From Candidatus Puniceispirillum sp. (GTDB lineage: Bacteria > Pseudomonadota > Alphaproteobacteria > Caedimonadales > UBA1908): a DNA stretch of 64,000 nucleotides. The translations under genes and the position numbers were made by a program. The stretch is from positions 192,500-256,499 of the forward strand of contig PNJU01000002.1 in the NCBI GenBank assembly GCA_013822015.1, in the 5' to 3' direction. Under the pieces are notes generated by a model that made no database searches, was not told where the DNA came from, and was given only the letters and a program-made list of their open reading frames with translations. This document shows positions 63,743 to 64,000 of the stretch, piece by piece; positions within the stretch are counted from its first letter, which is position 1; each line of letters starts with the position of its first letter.

Positions 63743-64000
63743 TCAGTACACCTTCACACCACGGGCGCGCAGCTGTTGTTTTGCAGCAGTCGAAATACGT
63801 GGACATGAACCAAGATCTATATACTTTAAGAGCGCAAGTCCCAGCACACCCTTGTCTGTGATATCCGTCATCCCCATCACCGAAAGCCAGCGTACCGCTT
63901 GGAGGTGGGCAAGTCCCGCGTCCCCAAGATTTATGCACCCACAAAGACTTAGATTCCGTATATGGGCAACATGGACGAGGTCTTCGTCGGCCGTATTCCC
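63743..64000 (-). CDS. Eukaryote-like leucine-rich-repeat protein, C-terminal 85 codons (gene starts beyond the window end)
   Basis: Hand translation of the minus strand gives GNTADEDLVHVAHIRNLSLCGCINLGDAGLAHLQAVRWLSVMGMTDITDKGVLGLALLKYIDLGSCPRISTAAKQQLRARGVKVY*. It has ~25-aa RNI/FBXL-type repeats (L.L..C..ITD.GL..L). It is not in the ORF track because it has no start in-window. Confidence 0.7.
   Translation of the reverse strand, partial: GNTADEDLVHVAHIRNLSLCGCINLGDAGLAHLQAVRWLSVMGMTDITDKGVLGLALLKYIDLGSCPRISTAAKQQLRARGVKVY

Overview
This 64-kb window looks like an alphaproteobacterial chromosome. The evidence is the tig-clpP-clpX...lon neighbourhood, a System I ccmCDEFGH operon, a C-terminal-only HprK, ctaA, metNIQ and two tRNA-Leu genes. 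Confidently identified housekeeping genes are lon (partial), clpX, clpP, tig, metQIN, a Cache/HAMP class III nucleotide cyclase, arginase plus ornithine aminotransferase, yacG, polA, clpB, ctaA, pgk, a 1053-aa fused oxidoreductase, an alanine:cation symporter, lipB, typA, an APC antiporter, dapE, secA, ccmCDEFGH, a HIT protein, an MFS transporter and a TrxR-type ferredoxin-NADP reductase. Four accessory blocks interrupt this backbone, and they consist almost entirely of ORFs with Sec-type signal peptides and no function I can recognise; by my count about 21 of about 55 CDS are of this kind. Block 1 (5.7-15.3 kb) holds eight co-directional secreted ORFs. They include a signal-peptide RNase III paralog with two dsRBDs, four members of an unrecognised paralog family (A), and a protein combining UIM-like repeats with a CAP/SCP domain. 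Block 2 (26.0-28.6 kb) is four tandem secreted paralogs (family B) directly downstream of clpB. Block 3 (41.5-48.3 kb) holds large secreted repeat and coiled-coil proteins (families C and D). It also contains near-identical 5' regions, a 48-bp tandem repeat, a nonsense-disrupted paralog and a relic of a segmental duplication. Block 4 (58.7-60.8 kb) has a secreted class I methyltransferase-like protein. A eukaryote-like LRR protein fragment sits at the window end. Together these suggest a host-associated or intracellular lifestyle with a large candidate effector repertoire, but that is inference. I found no transposase, integrase, prophage, CRISPR array or rRNA. All domain calls rest on reading motifs in the translations by eye; no database search was run.
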